Source: Octopus bimaculoides (lineage: Eukaryota). From it: 64,000 bases of DNA. Below, in pieces: positions 48,471-62,029 of this stretch. Numbering within the stretch: position 1 is the stretch's first letter; every line of letters begins with the position of its first letter. The stretch lies in assembly GCF_001194135.2 (NCBI RefSeq), contig NC_068999.1:23661024-23725023 (forward strand), written 5' to 3'. The position numbers were made by a program, and so were the translations under genes. The notes beneath the pieces were generated by a model that searched no databases, was not told the origin of the DNA, and saw only the letters and a program-made list of their open reading frames with translations.

Positions 48471-50870
48471 CACAATTTCCTAAATTTTCATTTTGATTAG
48501 TATCAATTAATAATTAATATAAATCGAAATTTTTTTGATACATTTTATTTTTTAGAAGGTTTTATCAATTTAATATTCACAATTCTGTTTTAATTATAAC
48601 AGCTATATAAGTACATAACAGATATTTTGTATAAAGAAGAGTTTTATAATCTTCAAAACACTAAGACATAAACCAACTATTCTGGTATTCTTAACAAAAT
48701 TAAAAGTGTAAAGTTGTATAAACTTTCCTTGTTTTATTGAAATTGGAAAATAGCTGAAATTTGTCCTAAGTGATGAGCTGTTTATTTTACAATCTACTTC
48801 TTAAAATCACTTCAGTTGATACTCCTAGGAAGTAAGTCATAAAATAAATAACACAATATTAAAAATAATTGACTTCTTTTGACTTTCAAATTTTCTTTTG
48901 TTCATCTGTCAAACTAAGGTTTCCTTCATCTTCAACATCAAAATTCTGAAAAAACGAAAACCAAGGTAATATTGAATGATTTTTCAGGCAGAAAAGGTTG
49001 TTAAACAACTGTTGCAATTACTGGACAACAAAGTCCATCAGTGTTATATAGTTTAACTGAGAAAATATGATCTATTGGCTATACTATGAGAACTACAATA
49101 TTGCTCAATGCAAGATATAATGTGTCACTTGTACATATGTATATGTGGCTTCCAAAATCAAATTAAGGGTACTGTTCCCATTGCTGATATTCTCTGTTGG
49201 TCAGAACAACAGATAGATATCTCACTAATTTATTTTTCTTTCTGGTTACAAGAGTCAGGATTTGAATTCAGAATGCACAGTCAGAACAGATACTGCAAGG
49301 AATCCTGTCTAATGCTCTGACAGTTTCACTAATTCATAGCTATATATATATAAAGGGGTTAAAATCCAAATTGTGTCCTTGTGAAGCACATCTGTGTATT
49401 CAAATAATGAAATGTATGTATATGGATGTTTTATTATAAATGAGGCATACATACATACTAGTTGAAATTTCTGGTTAATCATATTTGCAGAATAAGTAAA
49501 ATATACCGAACTTTCCAGTCTATTAAACACACACATGGTAAGAAGCTTGCTTTCCAACCACATGGTTGCAGTTTCAGTCCCACTGTGTGAATATAAATAT
49601 GTGTATGCTTGACAACTGGTGTTGGTGTGTTTACATCACCATAATTTAGTGGTTCAGCAAGAGATACCAATAAGAATAAGTACTAGACTTTAAAAAGTCC
49701 TGTTCAACTAAAACCTTTCAAAGCAGTGCCCCAGGATAGTTGCAGTCTGCACATGCATAGTGTATGTGATTTGTTTAACTGACCACTTACTGCAGGATGG
49801 TGTCCAGTAAAAGCTCCTTACATGACTCTGAGTGTTAAAAAACACCAAGTGCCCTACACCAGATGAGTCACTATCCCACAGCAAATGGGCATTTAAATGA
49901 AACACACAGCTTACAGGCAATATTAATCATCTGTTCAATCAAAACAAATCTGGGGATAAACAACATATATTGTATCAAAGGAAGAAAGGCAGTGTTTATT
50001 TGTCTTTCCAGAAATTCAATAATAATATTCAGTTTGAACTTTTAAGGTCAGCTGATCAGAAGTGGGCTCTACAGACGAAGGACTGGGTGAAGTGGTTTAT
50101 AGTAGGGGGAAACAGAAATAGGTTAGGTAAATCAGATAAGTATTAAATTAAAATGGCAGGGGAAAAACGATTGGCTTCTTTATCTAGAAGATAGATTTTA
50201 TTGGAAAATTGTCCAGAATACAAGTGAGTATGGATAATATTTTGACACACTCCAGTGTAGAAGAATCATGTACAGGATCAGCAGATGGTCTGAGTTGATG
50301 AACTTTCTGCTCTGACTAAAAACCCTTATCTTTTATGTTTGTCAAGAGAAATCTTAAGAGATAACAAAACCATTATATTTGGAGGATGTACCAGTGACAT
50401 GTAAAAGGAACTTGGTACACTGTAAAGTGGTTGGCATAAGGAAGGGCATCCAGCTGTAGAAACCAAAACATACTGGAGCCTGGTGCAGCTCTACAGCTTA
50501 CCAGTTCCAGTCAAACAGTCCAACCCATGTCAGTATGGAAGACAGATGCTAAATGACGATAATATATAATTGGATAGGTTTCAATGACTGAGTGATTCCA
50601 TGCATAATGGATAACAAACATATCCAACCCCTGACAGCTTAAAAAATATTTAAACGTTTGTTTTTTAGCTCTGGGCAATGCCTGATAAGTAGACTTATAG
50701 TGAAAGACAATCCAGCTATGATCATTCCATTTTTTTTCCATGAATAGTATATAAAATTATGCAGTGAAATTTGATATTTTTAGAACTGACCCTTCCTGTG
50801 AGAAAGGGAAATTATTTTTCAGCTAAGAGAGGTTTGGAGTAAAGTAAAGTAGACACAGATTGTATATTAA

Positions 50871-51076
50871 CCCATTAGCATTTAAACTGGCCATATCTGG
50901 TCCAAATATTCTGTTTTATGACCAAACCAGCCTCTCACACCTATCATATAGTGTCATTTTAAAAATAAACAATCATATCATCAAAATCCCAAAGGTATGA
51001 GATAATGCATGATTAATTCAAAATTATGTGAATAAATAAGTATTACATTAGACAGAATAATTTGAATGCTAAAAGG
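50871..51076 (-). mobile_element. TTAA-associated MITE copy
   Basis: ttaa|cccattagcatt ... aatgctaaaagg|ttag. Confidence 0.7.
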
Positions 51077-51329
51077 TTAGATATATATTTAATGAATCAC
51101 TGATGTAGGTGTGTAGACTGAGGTCACTGAACAGAGGTGACAAAATTAAGTGTAGTGGGTGGGGATTGTGATGTGTCAATGAAAGGAATATAATAGTAAT
51201 CATGTACAAATACAAATCAATAGACAGTGCTTAATAAAGAGCAGAGCAGTAGTGATAGTTCTGATGAAAATATACATTAGTTGGTTAATGACTAGAATGA
51301 AATGAGGTGAGAGAATTGTTTATTAAGGT

Positions 51330-52870
51330 TTATAGGTATAGGAGTGACAGGTATGATAAGTTACTTTGTTTTGTTCATGAGAATGGAGCAGATTGGTGGC
51401 CAGGTAAATTAGAACAGTGAGCTTCAGATTTTCCCTGAATGTGGTGGCAAATACTATGAAAATATTTGAGGAGGCCATTGCCTAAACAGAATTTTATTTT
51501 ACATTATGTATAGCACATTACTGTGATTAAGTTGTTTACAGTAGATTAAGTTGACAGAAATGCAAAGTTTTGAATGATTTCATTTTAGGATTTTGGCTGT
51601 GGTCATGGTGTGTGAAGGTATCAGGCTGGATGGGGTTGTCACTGAGATTTTTTTCTCTTTTAAAGAAGTAGTGAAATAAAAAAATTGGTAAGGTTACAGG
51701 GTTGAAGAGTAGAAATTGTAAGCTATGTGTGAATTTTTAATTGGTAGAAGGTAAAAGAAAGGAAATTTGATCTGCAGATGTGGGCATGTCTCAAATGAAT
51801 CTGGTAGCAAAGTGGGTGGTACTGCCTCCTTGAGGACAGTGGAAAGGTGCAAGGGGGCATTGAAGAAAAATGGAACAATAATGGGGTGGCGAAAAGGGGG
51901 TGATGTTTGTAAAAAGAAAGAAAAAAACAATGGATTGATTAGGTTAAGTTTTATTTGTGAAATACAATTATTTTGAATTTGTGGCAAAAAGTGGTCTATA
52001 TTTGTGGTTTGGTGGTGAGTGGGGGGATTAGGAATGTCGGCTGGGTGCCAAGGGGGCAGCAGCCTGTAAAAGTTTGGAAATCACTGGCATAGATGACAGT
52101 TCTGGCTCAGTGAAGTACAGCCATCTGCAGAAATGTTACATCTCTGATTTAGAGTGGAAGTGAAGACTCTTTGCTACACATCAGTGAAGACGGAGGAATT
52201 GGGAGATGAAGATAATGGATTTGGTATATGCAGGGTTACATCAAGAATCATTGGAATAATGTACTTGTAAGTATATACAGATAAATGATGCCAATAGTAA
52301 TAAAGATGTCTTGGCAGAAGTATCAGATACAGTGGAAATTAATACCACTGCAGAGTGAAATGTCTTCATGTAGATAAAACAGTTTACTTCAGCTCTTATA
52401 AAAGAGGGAGCATAAGTGCAGTTATCAATTTAGCAATCTTGGAACTTGGAGGTAGGCTCAATGCATTAAGCAAAAATTTAGGCCTTGATATGATCTACAG
52501 AGAAATTTACATAGTTAAGTGCCCACTGTTAACCCAGATTTTGTGCAGGTAAAAATTTGTAGAAAAGGAGAAACTGAGCGTGAGAATGAGTTCAACTAAG
52601 CTGAGGTTGGGGTAGTGCTGGGTTGGAATAGGATAAGGCAGTATTTTAAAACTGATAGGTTGCCATTACACGGGACAAATGTAAATAGAGATTTCAAGTC
52701 TATGGTAAAAAGGAAGTTTTGAGAATTTAGGGGCAAATGAGACAGTATTGATGAGGTTTAGAACATAGTTGGTATTATTAATGTAATGATGTACCTTAGA
52801 CTACATAATCCAATGTGTTCTAGCAGTTTAATAGATAATGGTTTCTGATATTTGCACAAATAAAACAAAG
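51330..52870 (-). mobile_element. Degenerate Penelope-like retroelement (RT + GIY-YIG)
   Basis: FLFTIDLKSLFTFVP; ELILTLSFSF; PAYTKSIIFISQFLRLH; VNLIYCKQL..VLYI. Confidence 0.75.
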
Positions 52871-54210
52871 TACAGCCAACCACCATACATTGTTAGTAAA
52901 ACGTACCAGCCTTTCACTAAGTATTGTAAGTGTTTATAGAGTTGTAAGAAGACAAAATTGGCAGAGCTGTTAGAGCATTGGATAGAATGCTTCATCTTTA
53001 TTCCAACTTTACCTTACATCCTTTCAGGAGCAGTAAAAAAAAAAGTACCTATCCTGGGCAGCAGACAAACAGAACTGTAAACATGTTGGATAGGATGCCT
53101 TATTGATACACTGGACAAAATTTCATCCATCTTTAATTCTGAATTCAAATTCTGTCAAAATCAACCTTACCTTTTATCCTTTCAAGGTTGATGAAATAAG
53201 TACCAGCTGAGAATTGGGGTTGGTGTAATTGACTAACCACGCCCCTAAAATTTCAGGCTTAATGCTTATTGTAGAAAGACTTATTTACTTTATTGCTCAA
53301 ATATTTTTTCTCTCAACTCAGTCAAAAGCACAGAAATATTTATTGTATAAATTTGAGAGAGCTAGATTGCATGTAATTTGAAATAATCTAAACTGCATTT
53401 CTTTCTCTAAAGATAACTTAAGAAATGCATATGGAATCAAAACTAAAATAATGTGAAATTGAGAGTAGTAACTAACAGAATGTATAAGAAACAGATGTTC
53501 CTCCAGGCACCAAGCTGCACAAATTAACTTCTTACTATTAGTTCCATTTTAGTTTTGTGTAATTATTGTTATGATTCAATTTCTAAATACTTTATCATTT
53601 ATTTAAAACAGAAATTCTCTAGATTCTTTGCAATATCTAGCTCTACTGGAGTTAAATTTGCATATCATGCTTCTACTAGAAGTGTTGCTAACAAAAAATT
53701 CATGTGAGCCATTTACATTTATCCCCTACAAAAAAAAAAAAAAAGCAGCCTTCTTTTCTAATCAAAATAAATCATTTTAATTTTGAAATATTCTAATTAT
53801 CTTACCTCCAGTTCTCTCATCACTTTATCAAGAAAGTCAGTTGTGTTTAGTTTATATCCAACTGCAGCTTCAATTGCATCTGTAAAAAGCTAAAAAATAA
53901 AAAAAGCAATAAGATTCTGAGTTTAAGATGTAGAAAAATTGCTTTTACACAGAAATGTTATTTTGGGAATATTAAGGGCCTTCCTCTTATTATTATTATC
54001 ACCATCATCATCATTAATACACTGGACAAAATGCTTAGCAGCATTTCATCCATCCTTATGCTCTGAGTTCAAATTCTGCCAAAGTCAACTTTACCTTTTA
54101 GTTGTGGGGTGGAATTGATAAAATAAGTACCGATTGAGCACTGGGGTTGATGTAATTGCCTAACCCCATCCCTCCAAAAATTTCAGGCCTTATACCTATA
54201 GTAGAAAGAA

Positions 54211-54545
54211 TGGGAGTGTACCAAATATGAGAGCCTTCTGCAGGATTGCAGGGAGAATGGATGGCAGGTATGGCTTTTCCCAGTTGAGGCTGGCTTTTGG
54301 GGATTCCCTGTTCAGTCGGCATGGAGGATACTTACAGCCACTGGAATGAGAGGAAAGGAGCAAAGGGTGGCTGTGCACAGGATGGGAGAAGCAGCTTAAA
54401 GAGCTTCTAGTTGGCTTTGGAGCAAGAATGAGGAGTTAAGCTGGAAGCCAAGAGGAGCAGTGACTTGGCCACCTCTGCTGACCCACCAATGGGAGGGTGT
54501 TATGGTTCAGGGTTGAAACACCCAATGAACATTGAATACCATCTG
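54211..54545 (+). mobile_element. HERO-like non-LTR retrotransposon 3' fragment (C-terminal part of a restriction-like endonuclease)
   Basis: TKYESLLQDCRENGWQVWLFPVEAGFWGFPVQSAWRILTATGMRGKEQRVAVHRMGEAA*RASSWLWSK; one in-frame stop at 54397. Confidence 0.75.
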
Positions 54546-54613
54546 TTCCTCCTGGCTAAAGTTCTGTTCACTTTGGTGAATGGAAAAAGCACCTCCTTAT
54601 GGTGTTATTAACA

Positions 54614-54660
<47 letters not shown>

Positions 54661-55416
54661 GTGCTTCTCATAGTGTAAAAATGTCTTTTCCATCTCTCTC
54701 TGAAACATAACTTTATTTAAGCACTATCAAGTGAAAATTTTTTGGAGAGTGCCTGGTGTAAAATTTTATCTGAAAACAATTTACCCCAATACCTAGGAGT
54801 AGACCCGCCCCCACTCCTCAGATGGATTGCTTTTATATACTTTATTCATACTNNNNNNNNNNNNNNNNNNNNNNNNNNNNNNNNNNNNNNNNNNNNNNNN
54901 NNNNNNNNNNNNNNNNNNNNNNNNNNNNNNNNNNNNNNNNNNNNNNNNNNNNNNNNNNNNNNNNNNNNNNNNNNNNNNNNNNNNNNNNNNNNNNNNNNNN
55001 NNNNNNNNNNNNNNNNNNNNNNNNNNNNNNNNNNNNNNNNNNNNNNNNNNNNNNNNNNNNNNNNNNNNNNNNNNNNNNNNNNNNNNNNNNNNNNNNNNNN
55101 NNNNNNNNNNNNNNNNNNNNNNNNNNNNNNNNNNNNNNNNNNNNNNNNNNNNNNNNNNNNNNNNNNNNNNNNNNNNNNNNNNNNNNNNNNNNNNNNNNNN
55201 NNNNNNNNNNNNNNNNNNNNNNNNNNNNNNNNNNNNNNNNNNNNNNNNNNNNNNNNNNNNNNNNNNNNNNNNNNNNNNNNNNNNNNNNNNNNNNNNAAAC
55301 AATAATGAATAATGCAAAAATATATTTATTTATAAAGTTTAAACTGAACATGATATGAAATATATTTATTTATAAAGTTTAAACTGAATTTCATTTGTTG
55401 TGGACGAGTGATAGAT

Positions 55417-55453
<37 letters not shown>

Positions 55454-55739
55454 TAGCTCCGGCCAGTCAGTAGCCAAAGAAACAGATTTCAACTCAAACC
55501 AGCAGTAACATTCCTTGTTTGGATTTTTCTACTTTCATTTCTGACAGCTAATACCATGACAGTGCCAAAAAAGATGATGGCCATTGAAGCATCAATTAGA
55601 ACAAACACAACATGAAATTTCAGAAGAAATTCTCTCATTTGAAAAGAACAAAGTTAAAGTACTGTCTGCTTCACTTTCAAGAATGAAAACTTAGCGAAAA
55701 CACTAGCTGAAATTGTTAGAAATACCTCTGTACATGTAC

Positions 55740-56340
55740 TTTACCTCGGTCTATGAGGGAAAGAAATACAAAGGTGATGAGAAAGAACATTAGAAATGAT
55801 GTGGATCCATAGCTGGTGGTTACTTTTGTACTGCAGATGGATGGATGGTTAGAACTCATCTGAGAAGCAACATGTTCATTGGGTGTCAAAATGGATTCGT
55901 AAGACCTAATGGTCTCCAAAGGCCACAGGGCCATACCAGAGTTGTGCTGAGTTGAGGGCACTAAGACAAAAAGGTATGAGACAAATGGTGCAAGGGAAAA
56001 GGCCTTGTTGCTGCCTATGTTGTTGAAGAACAGGGAAAATTAGGATTGAAAACAGCAGAGATCAACAAAAGCAGCAATCCCTAGTTTCAAGAGTGCCATC
56101 AGTCATAATTGCAGGAATAGCAAAGGAGATCATCTCATGCCTAGTCATAGAAACAAATGGACTGACTCCCGATCCCATAAGGATAGCAGCCAGTAGCCCC
56201 ACTCCATTGCATGAAGAGGGAGAGATAATGGTTACAAAAAAGAAAGTCATCAGCAGCCTCTTTAAAATAATAATGATGGCCCTCCTCAGAGCAAAGAATG
56301 AAATCAATGAAAAGGAAGACAATGAGTAAACCAACAGCTA
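55740..56340 (-). mobile_element. Possible degraded CR1-like LINE 3' fragment
   Basis: Only faint motif similarity (WSGATG; LETRDCCFC). Confidence 0.25.
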
Positions 56341-57104
56341 ATAGACAAAATCACATACTTATGGTGCCATAGATATTCCATTGATGTTAAAATGACAGAG
56401 GTGCAGTTGGGTTGGGATATATAGGAGAAACACAAAGGACAGATTGTTGGTTAAAACAATACAGAAATTTCAACAAACTGAAACAGTGTTATCCTGAAGA
56501 CTTGGATTATTATCTATCCCAACCAACTCAAAAAAAAAAAAAAAAAGAAGAAAAGCCATTAATAAGTGCCTTCAGATGAAAAAGACAGTAGTACAAATAA
56601 TGGTAGGCAGATAGAGGCTCTAGCTCAATCTACCCACTAGTTTTCTCCTCCAAGTGTGGATGAGAACTCAAAATAATTTTTTTGTTTTATTTCCTTTTAA
56701 TCATTAACTATATCATTTTAATTATTGTGTGTTTTATTATGCATCTTTATTTATTCCATGTAAATATTTATGCTTTATAAATTTTCAATTCATCCGCTGA
56801 TGAAAGATGTTATCCATGGTAACGTCTTTCACCCCCTCCCTCATCTTTGTATAACTTATCCATCCCACCTCACATATCTTTGTAAATACTGTTTAACACT
56901 TCTTTGTTTATTTGTGTATCACTTTAAGCCCTTGTTGCTAATAAAGAAAAAATTATCTTATTATTGCTGTTGTTTTTGTCGTTATAGTATAAGGTGGAAT
57001 AGCAAATGATGATGTCTGTCCTATTTTGAGAGCGTTAGTTAAGTGAATTAACTTCAATCTGGCACGGAAATTACATGCTTCTTGGTCAGAGAGAAATTTG
57101 GTTT

Positions 57105-58480
57105 CATCATCATTATCATTTAACTGAAATAGGTTGGATGGTTTGACCAGGGCTGGAAGGCTGAACCAGACTCCAGTCTGTTTTGGCATGTTTTCTACAG
57201 CTGGATGCCCTTCCTAATGCCAGCCACTCCAAGAGTGTAATGAGTGCTTTTACATGCCACTGGCATGGATACCATTTGCATGACACTGGTATCTGCCACA
57301 ACTGCAGTTTTACTTGGCTTAATGGGTCTTCTTCTCCAGCACAACATAATGCCAAATGGTCTTGCTCCTTGCCTCCATGAGGACCAACGCTCAAAAGGTG
57401 CTTTTACAGGCTACTGGCACAAGTGCCATTTGCATGACACTGGTATCTGTCATAACTATGATTTTACTTGGCTTTATGGGTCTTCTTCTTAAGCACAACA
57501 TAATGCCAAAGGTCTCAGTCATTGCCTCTGTGAGGCCCAACATTCAAAAGGAGCTCAACCACATCGCCTCCATGAGGCTCAATGCTCGAAAGGTGCTTTT
57601 TACATGTCACCTGCATGGGTGCCGGTGATTTCATTTGGCTTGATGGGTCTTCTCAAGCACAGCATATTGCCAAAGGTCTCAGTCAGTAGTCAATGCCTCT
57701 GTGAGGCCCATAGTTTGGAGATCATGCTTCACTACCTCATCCCATGTTTTCCTGGGTCTACCTCTAACACAGGTTCCCTCCACAGTTAGCGATCGGCACT
57801 TCTTTACACAGCTGTCCTCATTCATACACATTGCATGACCATACCAGCGCATTCGTCTCTCTTGCACACCACATCTGATTCCTCTTATGCCTAACTTTTC
57901 TTTCAAGATGCTTAAACTTTGTTGAACATGCGCACTGACATTGCACATCCAGCAAAGCTTCATTTGTTTCAAGTCTACACATGTCCTCAGCTGTCACAGC
58001 CCATGTTTCACTGTCATGTAGCATAGCTGTTCACACACAGGCATCATACAATCAGCCTTTCACTCTGAGAGAGAAGCCCTTTGTTGCTAGCAGAAGCAGG
58101 AGCTCTTTAAACTTTGCCTAGCCTAATCTTACTCTCACAGCTATGCTCTCGGAGCATCCACCTCTGCTACTAACTTGATCACTTAGGTAATGGAAGCCAT
58201 CTACTACCTCTAGCTTATCCCCATGGCAGTTGATGGAGTCTATTTTCTGTACATTTTCGGTGATTATTGCATTTACCACACACAAGAGCTGTTTTTCCCT
58301 GTTAACCTTCCTCTGATATTTCTGCATCTTTTATGTGGCCAAACCTTACACCGGGTGCATCTTACAGAGTTTCTACTTATACCATTTCTACAGATCAAGC
58401 AGGACCATCTTCCTGAAGGAAGAGAGATAATAACTGGCCCCATGCATCCTTCTGATTTGGAAAAGGAGAAATATTGCTGC
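57105..58480 (-). mobile_element. 5'-truncated RTE LINE with PHD-like finger, 3' UTR of three 150-195 nt repeats and the common (gat)n tail
   Basis: PSGRWSCLICRNGISRNSVRCTRCKVWPHKRC; FHYLSDQ; RRMRWYGHAM..GRPRKTWDEVVKHDL; repeat units begin near 57244, 57398 and 57593. Confidence 0.88.
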
Positions 58481-58521
58481 AAACAATTAACAAGTTTTCA
58501 GTTTTACTCATTTATTTATTG

Positions 58522-60318
58522 AAACCTGGAATCAAAAGGTCTTAAAGTTAACTTAGCAAAGACTAAGGTCCTAGTAAGCAAGAAATCAGACAGGACCTTA
58601 CCCACTTCAGGTAATTGGCTTTGCTTGATATGTAGGAAAGGTGTAGGCAGGAATTCCATTCAGTGTACCCAGTGCAAGCTATGGACACACAAGAAGTGTA
58701 GTGGAATAGTTTGGCAGAGAAAGTAGTGTTCATATGTGGAAGATTTACAGGAACCATAAAGACTATTGACACACAGGGAACTAATTTCCTCAAATGTCCC
58801 AGAGACGCTTTATCAGTAGTAGATAATTTCTGCTACTTGGGTGACCTAATTAGCGGTGGAGGAGGTTGTATGGAAAGTGTAATTACTAGGATAAGAATAG
58901 GATGGAGAAAGATCAAAGAGATTCCACCTCTGCTGTCAACCAAAGGTCTTTCCAAGTAAAAGGAAGGTTGTATGATGAATGTATGTGAACAGCAATGCTA
59001 CATGGTAGTGAGACATGGGCCCTGAATGCAGAGGACATATGAAGACTAGAGAGGAATGAAGCTAGTATGTTCCACTCGTTATGCAATGTCAATGTACATG
59101 TGTGACAAAGTGTTAGTGTATTCAAAGAAAAATAAAGCCTAAGAGGAAGCAGATGCAGTGTGCAAGAGTGAAGACTGCACTGGTTTGGTCATGTGATGCA
59201 TATGCATGAGGACAGTTGCATAAAGAAGGGTTAACAACTTAAAATGGAGTGAAGTTGTGGAAGAAGGAGACCCAGGAAGACCTGGGACAAAGTATTGAAG
59301 GCTGATCTCAAAATGCAGGAAATGATAAAGGACCAAAATATCTGGCACTTTGCTGAACTGAAGAAGATCCACCCACCACAACATATATCTTGAAACTACC
59401 TTGGTAATGCATGTCCATGAGGGGCTCTGCTCCATCAACCTTCTTCCCCCACCCACATTTCATCTCCTAACACTCATCACCTCCTCTATGACTTGGGAGC
59501 AGAATAGGCACACACTACATCACCTGACTTTCTCACTTACATTTCCTCCTCCCAGTTAGCTATCTTCCCTGATCTACTGTCTCCACCAATCACCTCCTTT
59601 CTGCACCTTCTCTCCCCTCCCTGTGCTGCTTTCAGTCATTACCTCCAAGCTTACCTGTTATCACTCTCAATGCCCTCACATATCCGTTGAACCCCCTGCT
59701 GAGTCTCTCCTATATCCCACTCCGATCATTTGTTACAGTCACCTTGTCTTGCACACTCACCCAGCTCAATCTTCTATATCACCCCACCTATTCTCACCAC
59801 CCCCAAAGTCCCTTGAGGGCATGTCCCGACACATCTCCACCATCATCTCTCTCACTATCACTCTCTTTATCTTCCTCTCCAACTCACTCTCCTTTGTTTT
59901 CCAGCTGGGGTATCCATGTATCTATTCTACAGCAAGATGCCTATCCTTATCTCTCTATGCCTTTAATCTCTCAACTGCTATAATGTCACACCCCTTCAAT
60001 ACTACTCCTTCTCCTGCCTCCCATTTGAGATGATTTTGTTGTGCAAGGTGTTTGGTGACCTTGTTGGTGCTGATATCATGTAAAAAGCAATGGCATTGGT
60101 GTCATGTAAAAAGTACTGGCGATCATGCCACATAAAAAGTACTCGGTGCACTCTGTAAAGTGGTTGGCATTAGGAAGGGCTTCCGGCTATAGAAACCATG
60201 CCAAAACAGACAATGGAACCTGGTGCAGCTCCTGGCCTTGCCAGCTCCTGTCAAACCATCCAACCCATACCAACATGGAGAATAGATACTAAATTATGAT
60301 GATGATGATGATGATGAT
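58522..60318 (+). mobile_element. 5'-truncated RTE LINE, probably continuing through a CT-rich 3' UTR to a (gat)n tail
   Basis: NLESKGLKVNLAKTKVLVS..CLICRKGVGRNSIQCTQCKLWTHKKC; FCYLGD; RT C-terminus to about 59400; tail at 60040-60318 (continuity inferred). Confidence 0.75.
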
Positions 60319-61310
60319 AAGATATCGTCATTATGTGTTTACTGTTTCTTTTTCTTTTTTTTTCCTTAATTCAAGAAATATTCTTGTTCTATAAAAACTA
60401 TAAAAAGAATTTACATGTTGGTAACAGTAGCCAACACATATTTTGCTCTTCTATTCTTGAGTTGATACTGGTTCTAAAAATACTATCAGTTTTTGCCCTA
60501 TCAATGCTAGTTTTGATGAAACAGCATAACCCTCTATATGTTAATGAATCTACTCATGCACTGAAATAAGGTATCCCAGTTGCAGCTTACATTTTGGTGT
60601 CTTTAGGAGTTAAAGATATTCTTGGACATCTTCAGCATGTTAATTCTAAATAATCTGCACATTACTAAATGAAATTACTTCAACATAAGGACTTTAAGTA
60701 TTGAAGACAGAGAAGAACAAAGAGAAAGATTTCATGAAGATATAAAAACAATGACAGGCTCATACCAAGGAAGGTGAGAGACACATAATGGCAGACTATT
60801 GCTGGAGCCTTTGCAGGACTATTTTGGTAAATCTCATCCTAAAAAGTTTAATAAATTCTTCATGTATTGAATTACTGATCATATTAGATTTTTTAATGTT
60901 CATTTTTAAGCTAAATTACTTATAGATTTTAATGTAGTGCACAATAAGCTTGGACAGAAAAAAATCTATTTAATAATGCATGAATTTTAATATTATGTAA
61001 TATATTAATAGCATTGTGTTGTCATTTTTAATCAAAATAGCAGATCATTAATTAATTAGAGCAGATAGGGTAAAACTGATGATGGTAAGTTTATCAAAGA
61101 ATAGCTAAAGTACAAAAGTGGTGAGAAAAGATCTTCAGAAGCTGGGCCTCAGTGAGGAGATGACAAGGGACTGAGGCTTCTGGTGATTTGCTATGCTTGA
61201 TAAGATATGCCAAGCTATGTAAAATTGTGACCATCCATACATAGAGGCATGTCCTTTGTGGCTGTGCCCCCATTTCCTCTCTCAGCTGAGAGGTTTATGT
61301 CTTGCAGGTA

Positions 61311-61483
61311 CCAGTGCCACATAAAATGCACTCATGCCAGTGCTATGTGAAATGCACTTGTGCCAGTGCCATGTAAAATGCATTTGCGCTAGTGCTGCAT
61401 ACAATGCACTCCTGTCAGTACCACATAAAATGCAGTCACGCTGGTACCACATAAAAGCTCTCATAGCACTAGCATGTAAAAAG
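61311..61483 (+). repeat. 26-nt degenerate tandem array (about 6.5 units) heading an RTE-type 3' tail (to about 61640)
   Basis: ccagtgccacataaaatgcactcatg / ccagtgctatgtgaaatgcacttgtg / ccagtgccatgtaaaatgcatttgcg ... Confidence 0.85.
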
Positions 61484-62029
61484 CAACCAGCACATTCTGT
61501 AGAGTGGATGGTGATAGGAAGGGCTTCCAGCTGCAGAAACTATGCCAAAACAGACAATTGGAACCTGGCCAGCTCCTGTCAAATCATCCAACCCATGCTT
61601 GTATGGAAAACAGACATTAAATGATGATGATGATGATAAAGGGTATGTTGTATCTTCAAAGCTAGAGTTAATAGGTCAAAAGCTGGTGATATTATTGCCC
61701 CAGATATACACAAGAATAAGTTTAACTAATGTATCGCTAATTAAAAGCAGTCAAAGTTGTTTTTAAATATGTTACACATGAACAACGTAGGACTGGGCTA
61801 CACAACACAAACAGTATAATAACATCTTTAAACATAAGCAATATATACATGATTTTATACAAAAATAGATCACATGAATAGATGATAAGTTATGATAGAG
61901 TCTTGACATTTTCAAATAAATGTTCTTAATACTTATTAGCAGTGTTCTGTAACTAAAGACAAGATATTTCATTTATGCTAATTTCTTGACAAATATCAAA
62001 TATTAATTCTCTCCAGGCTATCTTTTATC

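Noticed and set aside
54742-55358. Long ORFs of 160-187 aa in the ORF track
   Set aside because: Made almost entirely of N-gap (X) residues.
55319-55388. 30-bp direct repeat with 40-nt period
   Set aside because: Adjacent to a large gap; may be an assembly artefact, no functional hint.
56795-56835. CTGATGA...GGTAACGTC hammerhead-like string
   Set aside because: GAAA core absent, no stem I; explained as well by a simple local hairpin.
61311-61483. Regularly spaced 26-nt repeats suggestive of CRISPR
   Set aside because: Head-to-tail degenerate units with no unique spacers, no cas genes, eukaryotic context.
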